Source: the human T2T-CHM13v2.0 reference genome, Homo sapiens
Reading direction: 5' to 3' (one strand)
Assembly: GCF_009914755.1 (NCBI RefSeq)
Contig: NC_060925.1
DNA length: 64,000 bases
Within the stretch, counting starts at the first letter, position 1. The number at the start of each line of letters is the position of its first letter. Made by a program: the position numbers and the translations under genes. Below the pieces are notes generated by a model that had not been told where the DNA came from, did not search any database, and saw nothing but the letters and a program-made list of their open reading frames with translations. This document shows positions 1 through 14,400 of this stretch, piece after piece.

Positions 1-642
1 AATGGAACCGAATGGAATCCTCATTGAATGGAAATGAAAGGGGTCATCATCTAATGGAATCGCATGGAATCATCATAAAATGGAATCGAATGGAATCAAC
101 ATCAAATGGAATCAAATGGAATCATTGAACGGAATTGAATGGAATCGTCATCGAAAGAATTGAATGCAATCATCGAATGGTCTCGAATGGAATCATCTTC
201 AAATGGAATGGAATGGAATCATCGCATAGAATCGAAAGGAATTATCATCGAATGGAATCGAATGGAATCAACACCAAACGGAAAAAAACGGAATTATCGA
301 ATGGAATCGAAGAGAATCATCGAATGGACCCGAATGGAATCATCTAATGGAATGGAATGGAATAATCCATGGACTCGAATGCAATCATCATCGAATGCAA
401 TCGAATGGAATCATCGAATGGACTCGAATGGAATAATCATTGAACGGAATCGAATGGAATCATCATCGGATGGAAACGAATGGAATCATCATCGAATGGA
501 ATCGAATAGAATTATGGATTGAAATCCAGTGTGATCATCATCGAATGGACCCGAATGGAATCATCATCCAACGGAAGCTAATGGAATCAACATCGAATGA
601 ATCGAAAGGAAACACCATCGAATTGAAACGAATGGAATTACC

Positions 643-2418
643 ATGAAATTGAAATGGATGGACTCATCATCAAATGGATTCGTATGGAATCATCGAATAA
701 AATTGATTGAAATCATCATCGAATGGAATCGAATGGTATCATTGAATGGAATCGAATGGAATCATCATCAGATGGAAATGAATGGAATCGTCATAGAATG
801 GGATCGAATGGATTCATTGAATGGAATCAGATGGAATCATTGAATGGACTGGAATGGAATCATTGAATGGACTCGAAAGGGATCATTATTGAATGGAATT
901 GAATGGAATCATCGAATGGTCTCGATAGGAATCATTATCAAATGGAATCGAATGGAATCACCGAATAGAATCGAATGGAACAATCATCGAATGGACTCAA
1001 ATGGAATTATCCTCTAATGGAATCGAATGGAATTATCGAATGTAATCGAATGGAATTCTCGAATGCAATCGAATAGAATCATCGAATGGACTCGAATGGA
1101 ATCATCGAATGGAATGGAATGGAACAGTCAATGAACTCGAATGGAATCATCATTGAATGGAATCGAATGGAATCATCGAGTGGAATCGAAAGGAATTATG
1201 ACCAAATGGAATCGAATGTAATCATCATCAAATGGAATCAAAAATAACCATCATCAATTGGTATTGAATGGAATTGTCATCAAATGGAATTCAAAGGAAT
1301 CATCATCAAATGGAACCGAATGGAATCCTCATTGAATGGAAATGAAAGGGGTCATCATCTAATGGAATCGCATGGAATCATCATCAAATGGAATCGAATG
1401 GAATCATCATCAAATGGAATCTAATGGAAACATTGAAAAGAATTGAATGGAATCGTCATCGAATGAATTGAATGCAATCATCGAATGGTCTCGAATGGAA
1501 TCATCTTCTAATGAAAAGGAATGGAATCATCGCATAGAATCGAATGGAATTATCATCGAATGGAATCGAATGGTATCAACACCAAACGGAAAAAAACGGA
1601 ATTATCGAATGGAATCGAAGAGAATCTTCGAACGGACCCGAATGGAATCATCTAATGGAATGGAATGGAATAATCCATGGACTCGAATGCAATCATCATC
1701 GAATGGAATCGAATGGAATCATCGAATGGACTCGAATGGAATAATCATTGAACGGAATCGAATGGAATCATCATCGGATGGAAACGAATGGAATCATCAT
1801 CGAATGGAAATGAAAGGAGTCATCATCTAATGGAATTGCATGGAATCATCATCAAATGGAATCGAATGGAATCAACATCAAATGGAATCAAATGGAATCA
1901 TTGAACGGAATTGAATGGAATCGTCATCGAATGAATTGAATGCAATCATCGAATGGTCTCGAATGGAATCATCTTCAAATGGAATGGAATGGAATCATCG
2001 CATAGAATCGAATGGAATTATCATCGAATGGAATCGAATGGAATCAACATCAAACGGAAAAAAACGGAATTATCGAATGGAATCGAAGAGAATCATCGAA
2101 TGGACCCGAATGGAATCATCTAATGGAATGGAATGGAATAATCCATGGACTCGAATGCAATCATCATCGAATGGAATCGAATGGAATCATCGAATGGACT
2201 CGAATGGAATAATCATTGAACGGAATCGAATGGAATCATCATCGGATGGAAATGAATGGAATCATCATCGAATGGAATCGAATAGAATTATGGAATGAAA
2301 TCCAGTGTGATCATCATCGAATGGACCCGAATGGAATCATCATCCAACGTAAGCTAATGGAATCAACATCGAATGAATCGAATGGAAACACCATCGAATT
2401 GAAACGAATGGAATTACC
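643..2418. repeat. Example of the canonical 1776-bp unit (1308-bp core + 468-bp module); matches the HSat2A ~1.77-kb repeat, probably chr1q12 (D1Z1/pUC1.77-type)
   Basis: Anchor spacing 643->2419 is 1776, the commonest spacing in the window. A conserved GAATTC (ggaattcaaagg) occurs once per unit, e.g. 1287, 3062, 5879. The chromosome assignment rests on the known 1.77-kb periodicity, not on an alignment. Confidence 0.75.
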
Positions 2419-5400
2419 ATGAAATTGAAATGGATGGACTCATCATCGAATGGATTCGAATGGAATCATCGAATAAAATTGATTGAAATCATCATCGAAT
2501 GGTATCGAATGGTATCATTGAATGGAATCGAATGGAATCATCCTCAGATGGAAATGAATGGAATCGTCATAGAATGGAATCGAATGGATTCATTGAATGG
2601 AATCAGATGGAATCATCGAATGGACTGGAATGGAATCATTGAATGGACTCGAAAGGGATCATTATTGAATGGAATTGAATGGAATCATCGAATGGTCCCG
2701 ATGGAATCATTATCAAATGGAATCGAATGGAATCACCGAATAGAATCGAATGGAACAATCATCGAATGGACTCAAATGGAATTATCCTCACATGGAATCG
2801 AATGGAATTATCGAATGCAATCGAATGGAATTATCGAATGCAATCGAATAGAATCATCGAATGGACTCGAATGGAATCATCGAATGGAATGGAATGGAAC
2901 AGTCAATGAACTCGAATGGAATCATCATTGAATGGAATCGAATGGAATCATCGAGTGGAATCGAATGGAATTATGATCAAATGGAATCGAATTTAATCAT
3001 CATCAAATGGAATCAAAAATAACCATCATCAATTGGTATTGAATGGAATTCTCATCAAATGGAATTCAAAGGAATCATCATCAAATGGAACTGAATGGAA
3101 TCCTCATTGAATGGAAATGAAAGGGGTCATCATCTAATGGAATCGCATGGAATCATCATCAAATGGAATCGAATGGAATCATCATCAAATGGAATCTGAT
3201 GGAATCATTGAACAGAATTGAATGGAATCGTCATCGAATGAATTGAATTCAATCATCGAATGGTCTCGAATGTAATCACATTCTAATGGAAAGGAATGGA
3301 ATCATCGCATAGAATCGAATGGAATTAACATTGAATGGACTCGAATGGAATCAACATCAAACGGAATCAAGCGGAATTATCGAATGGAATCGAAGAGAAT
3401 CATCGAATGGTCTCGAATGGAATCATCTTCTAATGGAAAGGAATGGAATCATCTCATAGAATCGAATGGAATTAACATTGAATGGACTCGAATGGAATCA
3501 ACATCAAATGCAATCAAGCGGAATTGTCGAATGAAATCGAAGAGAATCATCGAATGGACTCGAATGGAATCATCTAATGGAATGGAATGGAATAATCCAC
3601 GGACTCGAATGCAATCATCATCGTATAGAATCGAATGGAATGATCGAAAGGACTCGAATGGAATAACCATTGAACGGAATCGAATGGAATCATCATCGGA
3701 TGGAAACGAATGGAATCATCATCGAATGGAAATGAAAGGAGTCATCATCTAATGGAATTGCATGGAATCATCATCAAATGGAATCGAATGGAATCATCAT
3801 CAAATGGAATCAAATGGAATCATTGAACGGAATTGAATGGAATTGTCATCGAATGAATTGACTGCAATCATCCAATGGTCTCGAATGGAATCATCTTCAA
3901 ATGGAATGGAATGGAATCATCGCATAGAATCGAATGGAATTATCATCGAATGGAATCGAATGGTATCAACATCAAACGGAAAAAAACGGAATTATCGAAT
4001 GGAATCGAAGAGAATCTTCGAACGGACCCGAATGGAATCATCTAATGGAATGGAATGGAATAATCCATGGACTCGAATGCAATCATCATCGAATGGAATC
4101 GAATGGAATCATTGAATGGACTCGAATGGAATAATCATTGAACGGAATCGAATGGAATCATCATCGGATGGAAATGAATGGAATCATCATCGAATGGAAT
4201 CGAATAGAATTATGGAATGAAATCCAGTGTGATCATCATCGAATGGACCCGAATGGAATCATCATCCAACGGAAGCTAATGGAATCAACATCGAATGAAT
4301 CGAAAGGAAACACCATCGAATTGAAACGAATGGAATTATCATGAAATTGAAATGGATGGACTCATCATCGAATGGATTCGAATGGAATCATCGAATAAAA
4401 TTGATTGAAATCATCATCGAATGGAATCGAATGGTATCATTGAATGGAATCGAATGGAATCATCATCAGATGGAAATGAATGGAATCGTCATAGAATGGA
4501 ATCGAATGGATTCATTGAATGGAATCAGATGGAATCATCGAATGGACTCGAATGGAATAATCATTGAACGGAATCGAATGGAATCATCATCGGATGGAAA
4601 CGAATGGAATCATCATCGAATGGAAATGAAAGGAGTCATCATCTAATGGAATTTCATGGAATCATCATCAAATGGAATCGAATGGAATCAACATCAAATG
4701 GAATCAAATGGAATCATTGAACGGAATTGAATGGAATCGTCATCGAATGAATTGAATGCAATCATCGAATGGTCTCGAATGGAATCATCTTCAAATGGAA
4801 TGGAATGGAATCATCGCATAGAATCGAATGGAATTATCATCGAATGGAATCGAATGTTATCAACATCAAACGGAAAATAACGGAATTATCGAATGGAATC
4901 GAAGAGAATCATCGAACGGACCCGAATGGAATCATCTAATGGAATGGAATGGAATAATCCACGGACTCGAATGCAATCATCGTCGAATGGAATCGAATAG
5001 AATCATCGAATGGACTCGAATGGAATAATCATTGAACGGAATCGAATGGAATCATCATCGGATGGAAACGAATGGAATCATCATCGAATGGAATCGAATA
5101 GAATTATGGAATGAAATCCAGTGTGATCATCATCGAATGGACCCGAATGGAATCATCATCCAACGGAAGCTAATGGAATCAACATCGAATGAATCAAATG
5201 GAAACACCATCGAATTGAAACGAATGGAATTACCATGAAATTGAAATGGATGGACTCATCATCAAATGGATTCGAATGGAATCATCGAATAAAATTGATT
5301 GAAATCATCATCGAATGGAATCGAATGGTATCATTGAATGGAATCGAATGGAATCATCATCAGATGGAAATGAATGGAATCGTCATAGAATGGAATCGAA

Positions 5401-8400
5401 TGGATTCATTGAATGGAATCAGATGGAATCATTGAATGGACTGGAATGGAATCATTGAATGGACTCGAAAGGGATCATTATTGAATGGAATTGAATGGAA
5501 TCATCGAATGGTCTCGATTGGAATCATTATCAAATGGAATCGAATGGAATCACCGAATAGAATCGAATGGAACAATCATCGAATGGACTCAAATGGAATT
5601 ATCCTCCAATGGAATGGAATGGAATTATCGAATGCAATCGAATGGAATTATCGAATGCAATCGAATAGAATCATCGAATGGACTCGAATGGAATCATCGA
5701 ATGGAATGGAATGGAACAGTCAATGAACTCGAATGGAATCATCATTGAATGGAATCGAATGGAATCATCGAGTGGAATCGAATGGAATTATGATCAAATG
5801 GAATCGAATGTAATCATCATCAAATGGAATCAAAAATAACCATCATCAATTGGTATTGAATGGAATTGTCATCAAATGGAATTCAAAGGAATCATCATCA
5901 AATGGAACCGAATGGAATCCTCATTGAATGGAAATGAAAGGGGTCATCATCTAATGGAATCGCATGGAATCATCATCAAATGGAATCGAATGGAATCATC
6001 ATCAAATGGAATCTAATGGAATCATTGAAAAGAATTGAATGGAATCGTCATCGAATGAATTGAATGCAATCATCGAATGGTCTCGAATGGAATCATCTTC
6101 TAATGGAAAGGAATGGAATCATCGCATAGAATCGAATGGAATTATCATCGAATGGAATCGAATGGTATCAACACCAAACGGAAAAAAACGGAATTATCGA
6201 ATGGAATCGAAGAGAATCTTCGAACGGACCCGAATGGAATCATCTAATGGAATGGAATGGAATAATCCATGGACTCGAATGCAATCATCATCGAATGGAA
6301 TCGAATGGAATCATCGAATGGACTCGAATGGAATAATCATTGAACGGAATCGAATGGAATCATCATCGGATGGAAACGAATGGAATCATCATCGAATGGA
6401 AATGAAAGGAGTCATCATCTAATGGAATTGCATGGAATCATCATAAAAGGGAATCGAATGGAATCAACATCAAATGGAATCAAATGGAATCATTGAACGG
6501 AATTGAATGGAATCGTCATCGAATGAATTGAATGCAATCATCGAATGGTCTCGAATGGAATCATCTTCAAATAGAATGGAATGGAATCATCGCATAGAAT
6601 CGAATGGAATTATCATCGAATGGAATCGAATGGAATCAACATCAAACGGAAAAAAACGGAATTATCGAATGGAATCGAAGAGAATCATCGAATGGACCCG
6701 AATGGAATCATCTAATGGAATGGAATGGAATAATCCATGGACTCGAATGCAATCATCATCGAATGGAATCGAATGGAATCATCGAATGGACTCGAATGGA
6801 ATAATCATTGAACGGAATCGAATGGAATCATCATCGGATGGAAATGAATGGAATCATCATCGAATGGAATCGAATAGAATTATGGAATGAAATCCAGTGT
6901 GATCATCATCGAATGGACCCGAATGGAATCATCATCCAACGTAAGCTAATGGAATCAACATCGAATGAATCGAATGGAAACACCATCGAATTGAAACGAA
7001 TGGAATTACCATGAAATTGAAATGGATGGACTCATCATCGAATGGATTCGAATGGAATCATCGAATAAAATTGATTGAAATCATCATCGAATTGTATCGA
7101 ATGGTATCATTGAATGGAATCGAATGGAATCATCCTCAGATGGAAATGAATGGAATCGTCATAGAATGGAATCGAATGGATTCATTGAATGGAATCAGAT
7201 GGAATCATCGAATGGACTGGAATGGAATCATTGAATGGACTCGAAAGGGATCATTATTGAATGGAATTGAATGGAATCATCGAATGGTCCCGATGGAATT
7301 ATTATCAAATGGAATCGAATGGAATCACCGAATAGAATCGAATGGAACAATCATCGAATGGACTCAAATGGAATTATCCTCACATGGAATCGAATGGAAT
7401 TATCGAATGCAATCGAATGGAATTATCGAATGCAATCGAATAGAATCATCGAATGGACTCGAATGGAATCATCGAATGGAATGGAATGGAACAGTCAATG
7501 AACTCGAATGGAATCATCATTGAATGGAATCGAATGGAATCATCGAGTGGAATCGAATGGAATTATGATCAAATGGAATCGAATTTAATCATCATCAAAT
7601 GGAATCAAAAATAACCATCATCAATTGGTATTGAATGGAATTCTCATCAAATGGAATTCAAAGGAATCATCATCAAATGGAACTGAATGGAATCCTCATT
7701 GAATGGAAATGAAAGGGGTCATCATCTAATGGAATCGCATGGAATCATCATCAAATGGAATCGAATGGAATCATCATCAAATGGAATCTGATGGAATCAT
7801 TGAACAGAATTGAATGGAATCGTCATCGAATGAATTGAATTCAATCATCGAATGGTCTCGAATGTAATCACATTCTAATGGAAAGGAATGGAATCATCGC
7901 ATAGAATCGAATGGAATTAACATTGAATGGACTCGAATGGAATCAACATCAAACGGAATCAAGCGGAATTATCGAATGGAATCGAAGAGAATCATCGAAT
8001 GGTCTCGAATGGAATCATCTTCTAATGGAAAGGAATGGAATCATCTCATAGAATCGAATGGAATTAACATTGAATGGACTCGAATGGAATCAACATCAAA
8101 TGCAATCAAGAGGAATTGTCGAATGAAATCGAAGAGAATCATCGAATGGACTCGAATGGAATCATCTAATGGAATGGAATGGAATAATCCACGGACTCGA
8201 ATGCAATCATCATCGTATAGAATCGAATGGAATGATCGAAAGGACTCGAATGGAATAACCATTGAACGGAATCGAATGGAATCATCATCGGATGGAAACG
8301 AATGGAATCATCATCGAATGGAAATGAAAGGAGTCATCATCTAATGGAATTGCATGGAATCATCATCAAATGGAATCGAATGGAATCATCATCAAATGGA

Positions 8401-11400
8401 ATCAAATGGAATCATTGAACGGAATTGAATGGAATTGTCATCGAATGAATTGACTGCAATCATCCAATGGTCTCGAATGGAATCATCTTCAAATGGAATG
8501 GAATGGAATCATCGCATAGAATCGAATGGAATTATCATCGAATGGAATCGAATGGTATCAACATCAAACGGAAAAAAACGGAATTATCGAATGGAATCGA
8601 AGAGAATCTTCGAACGGACCCGAATGGAATCATCTAATGGAATGGAATGGAATAATCCATGGACTCGAATGCAATCATCATCGAATGGAATCGAATGGAA
8701 TCATTGAATGGACTCGAATGGAATAATCATTGAACGGAATCGAATGGAATCATCATCGGATGGAAATGAATGGAATCATCATCGAATGGAATCGAATAGA
8801 ATTATGGAATGAAATCCAGTGTGATCATCATCGAATGGACCCGAATGGAATCATCATCCAACGGAAGCTAATGGAATCAACATCGAATGAATCGAAAGGA
8901 AACACCATCGAATTGAAACGAATGGAATTATCATGAAATTGAAATGGATGGACTCATCATCGAATGGATTCGAATGGAATCATCGAATAAAATTGATTGA
9001 AATCATCATCGAATGGAATCGAATGGTATCATTGAATGGAATCGAATGGAATCATCATCAGATGGAAATGAATGGAATCGTCATAGAATGGAATCGAATG
9101 GATTCATTGAATGGAATCAGATGGAATCATCGAATGGACTCGAATGGAATAATCATTGAACGGAATCGAATGGAATCATCATCGGATGGAAACGAATGGA
9201 ATCATCATCGAATGGAAATGAAAGGAGTCATCATCTAATGGAATTTCATGGAATCATCATCAAATGGAATCGAATGGAATCAACATCAAATGGAATCAAA
9301 TGGAATCATTGAACGGAATTGAATGGAATCGTCATCGAATGAATTGAATGCAATCATCGAATGGTCTCGAATGGAATCATCTTCAAATGGAATGGAATGG
9401 AATCATCGCATAGAATCGAATGGAATTATCATCGAATGGAATCGAATGTTATCAACATCAAACGGAAAATAACGGAATTATCGAATGGAATCGAAGAGAA
9501 TCATCGAACGGACCCGAATGGAATCATCTAATGGAATGGAATGGAATAATCCACGGACTCGAATGCAATCATCGTCGAATGGAATCGAATAGAATCATCG
9601 AATGGACTCGAATGGAATAATCATTGAACGGAATCGAATGGAATCATCATCGGATGGAAACGAATGGAATCATCATCGAATGGAATCGAATAGAATTATG
9701 GAATGAAATCCAGTGTGATCATCATCGAATGGACCCAAATGGAATCATCATCCAACGGAAGCTAATGGAATCAACATCGAATGAATCAAATGGAAACACC
9801 ATCGAATTGAAACGAATGGAATTACCATGAAATTGAAATGGATGGACTCATCATCAAATGGATTCGAATGGAATCATCGAATAAAATTGATTGAAATCAT
9901 CATCGAATGGAATCGAATGGTATCATTGAATGGAATCGAATGGAATCATCATCAGATGGAAATGAATGGAATCGTCATAGAATGGAATCGAATGGATTCA
10001 TTGAATGGAATCAGATGGAATCATTGAATGGACTGGAATGGAATCATTGAATGGACTCGAAAGGGATCATTATTGAATGGAATTGAATGGAATCATCGAA
10101 TGGTCTCGATTGGAATCATTATCAAATGGAATCGAATGGAATCACCGAATAGAATCGAATGGAACAATCATCGAATGGACTCAAATGGAATTATCCTCCA
10201 ATGGAATGGAATGGAATTATCGAATGCAATCGAATGGAATTATCGAATGCAATCGAATAGAATCATCGAATGGACTCGAATGGAATCATCGAATGGAATG
10301 GAATGGAACAGTCAATGAACTCGAATGGAATCATCATTGAATGGAATCGAATGGAATCATCGAGTGGAATCGAATGGAATTATGATCAAATGGAATCGAA
10401 TGTAATCATCATCAAATGGAATCAAAAATAACCATCATCAATTGGTATTGAATGGAATTGTCATCAAATGGAATTCAAAGGAATCATCATCAAATGGAAC
10501 CGAATGGAATCCTCATTGAATGGAAATGAAAGGGGTCATCATCTAATGGAATCGCATGGAATCATCATCAAATGGAATCGAATGGAATCATCATCAAATG
10601 GAATCTAATGGAATCATTGAAAAGAATTGAATGGAATCGTCATCGAATGAATTGAATGCAATCATCGAATGGTCTCGAATGGAATCATCTTCTAATGGAA
10701 AGGAATGGAATCATCGCATAGAATCGAATGGAATTATCATCGAATGGAATCGAATGGTATCAACACCAAACGGAAAAAAACGGAATTATCGAATGGAATC
10801 GAAGAGAATCTTCGAACGGACCCGAATGGAATCATCTAATGGAATGGAATGGAATAATCCATGGACTCGAATGCAATCATCATCGAATGGAATCGAATGG
10901 AATCATCGAATGGACTCGAATGGAATAATCATTGAACGGAATCGAATGGAATCATCATCGGATGGAAACGAATGGAATCATCATCGAATGGAAATGAAAG
11001 GAGTCATCATCTAATGGAATTGCATGGAATCATCATAAAAGGGAATCGAATGGAATCAACATCAAATGGAATCAAATGGAATCATTGAACGGAATTGAAT
11101 GGAATCGTCATCGAATGAATTGAATGCAATCATCGAATGGTCTCGAATGGAATCATCTTCAAATAGAATGGAATGGAATCATCGCATAGAATCGAATGGA
11201 ATTATCATCGAATGGAATCGAATGGAATCAACATCAAACGGAAAAAAACGGAATTATCGAATGGAATCGAAGAGAATCATCGAATGGACCCGAATGGAAT
11301 CATCTAATGGAATGGAATGGAATAATCCATGGACTCGAATGCAATCATCATCGAATGGAATCGAATGGAATCATCGAATGGACTCGAATGGAATAATCAT

Positions 11401-14400
11401 TGAACGGAATCGAATGGAATCATCATCGGATGGAAATGAATGGAATCATCATCGAATGGAATCGAATAGAATTATGGAATGAAATCCAGTGTGATCATCA
11501 TCGAATGGACCCGAATGGAATCATCATCCAACGTAAGCTAATGGAATCAACATCGAATGAATCGAATGGAAACACCATCGAATTGAAACGAATGGAATTA
11601 CCATGAAATTGAAATGGATAGACTCATCATCGAATGGATTCGAATGGAATCATCGAATAAAATTGATTGAAATCATCATCGAATTGTATCGAATGGTATC
11701 ATTGAATGGAATCGAATGGAATCATCCTCAGATGGAAATGAATGGAATCGTCATAGAATGGAATCGAATGGATTCATTGAATGGAATCAGATGGAATCAT
11801 CGAATGGACTGGAATGGAATCATTGAATGGACTCGAAAGGGATCATTATTGAATGGAATTGAATGGAATCATCGAATGGTCCCGATGGAATCATTATCAA
11901 ATGGAATCGAATGGAATCACCGAATAGAATCGAATGGAACAATCATCGAATGGACTCAAATGGAATTATCCTCACATGGAATCGAATGGAATTATCGAAT
12001 GCAATCGAATGGAATTATCGAATGCAATCGAATAGAATCATCGAATGGACTCGAATGGAATCATCGAATGGAATGGAATGGAACAGTCAATGAACTCGAA
12101 TGGAATCATCATTGAATGGAATCGAATGGAATCATCGAGTGGAATCGAATGGAATTATGATCAAATGGAATCGAATGTAATCATCATCAAATGGAATCAA
12201 AAATAACCATCATCAATTGGTATTGAATGGAATTCTCATCAAATGGAATTCAAAGGAATCATCATCAAATGGAACTGAATGGAATCCTCATTGAATGGAA
12301 ATGAAAGGGGTCATCATCTAATGGAATCGCATGGAATCATCATCAAATGGAATCGAATGGAATCATCATCAAATGGAATCTGATGGAATCATTGAACAGA
12401 ATTGAATGGAATCGTCATCGAATGAATTGAATTCAATCATCGAATGGTCTCGAATGTAATCACATTCTAATGGAAAGGAATGGAATCATCGCATAGAATC
12501 GAATGGAATTAACATTGAATGGACTCGAATGGAATCAACATCAAACGGAATCAAGCGGAATTATCGAATGGAATCGAAGAGAATCATCGAATGGTCTCGA
12601 ATGGAATCATCTTCTAATGGAAAGGAATGGAATCATCTCATAGAATCGAATGGAATTAACATTGAATGGACTCGAATGGAATCAACATCAAATGCAATCA
12701 AGCGGAATTGTCGAATGAAATCGAAGAGAATCATCGAATGGACTCGAATGGAATCATCTAATGGAATGGAATGGAATAATCCACGGACTCGAATGCAATC
12801 ATCATCGTATAGAATCGAATGGAATGATCGAAAGGACTCGAATGGAATAACCATTGAACGGAATCGAATGGAATCATCATCGGATGGAAACGAATGGAAT
12901 CATCATCGAATGGAAATGAAAGGAGTCATCATCTAATGGAATTGCATGGAATCATCATCAAATGGAATCGAATGGAATCATCATCAAATGGAATCAAATG
13001 GAATCATTGAACGGAATTGAATGGAATTGTCATCGAATGAATTGACTGCAATCATCCAATGGTCTCGAATGGAATCATCTTCAAATGGAATGGAATGGAA
13101 TCATCGCATAGAATCGAATGGAATTATCATCGAATGGAATCGAATGGTATCAACATCAAACGGAAAAAAACGGAATTATCGAATGGAATCGAAGAGAATC
13201 TTCGAACGGACCCGAATGGAATCATCTAATGGAATGGAATGGAATAATCCATGGACTCGAATGCAATCATCATCGAATGGAATCGAATGGAATCATTGAA
13301 TGGACTCGAATGGAATAATCATTGAACGGAATCGAATGGAATCATCATCGGATGGAAATGAATGGAATCATCATCGAATGGAATCGAATAGAATTATGGA
13401 ATGAAATCCAGTGTGATCATCATCGAATGGACCCGAATGGAATCATCATCCAACGGAAGCTAATGGAATCAACATCGAATGAATCGAAAGGAAACACCAT
13501 CGAATTGAAACGAATGGAATTATCATGAAATTGAAATGGATGGACTCATCATCGAATGGATTCGAATGGAATCATCGAATAAAATTGATTGAAATCATCA
13601 TCGAATGGAATCGAATGGTATCATTGAATGGAATCGAATGGAATCATCATCAGATGGAAATGAATGGAATCGTCATAGAATGGAATCGAATGGATTCATT
13701 GAATGGAATCAGATGGAATCATCGAATGGACTCGAATGGAATAATCATTGAACGGAATCGAATGGAATCATCATCGGATGGAAACGAATGGAATCATCAT
13801 CGAATGGAAATGAAAGGAGTCATCATCTAATGGAATTTCATGGAATCATCATCAAATGGAATCGAATGGAATCAACATCAAATGGAATCAAATGGAATCA
13901 TTGAACGGAATTGAATGGAATCGTCATCGAATGAATTGAATGCAATTATCGAATGGTCTCGAATGGAATCATCTTCAAATGGAATGGAATGGAATCATCG
14001 CATAGAATCGAATGGAATTATCATCGAATGGAATCGAATGGTATCAACATCAAACGGAAAATAACGGAATTATCGAATGGAATCGAAGAGAATCATCGAA
14101 CGGTCCCGAATGGAATCATCTAATGGAATGGAATGGAATAATCCACGGACTCGAATGCAATCATCGTCGAATGGAATCGAATAGAATCATCGAATGGACT
14201 CGAATGGCATAATCATTGAACGGAATCGAATGGAATCATCATCGGATGGAAACGAATGGAATCATCATCGAATGGAATCGAATAGAATTATGGAATGAAA
14301 TCCAGTGTGATCATCATCGAATGGACCCGAATGGAATCATCATCCAACGGAAGCTAATGGAATCAACATCGAATGAATCAAATGGAAACACCATCGAATT

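Noticed and set aside
1248-1271. Possible hairpin ccatcatcaat-tggt-attgaatgg
   Set aside because: The stem is short, AT-rich and bulged, with no U-tract or covariation. There is no support for a terminator or structured RNA.
1618-1636. Heat-shock element-like GAAnnTTC (agaatcttcgaac)
   Set aside because: It has only two inverted nGAAn units, whereas a canonical HSE needs three. Such a match is expected by chance in GAA-rich satellite.
3253-3546. 147-bp duplication equal to the nucleosome core length
   Set aside because: The breakpoints are explained by local monomer homology (aatcatcgaatgg), and nothing in the sequence supports nucleosome-driven sizing.
3449-3670. The only minus-strand ORFs (3449, 8041, 12633)
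   Set aside because: They arise from chance loss of TGA stops in one variant module that was then copied by the 4592-bp repeat.
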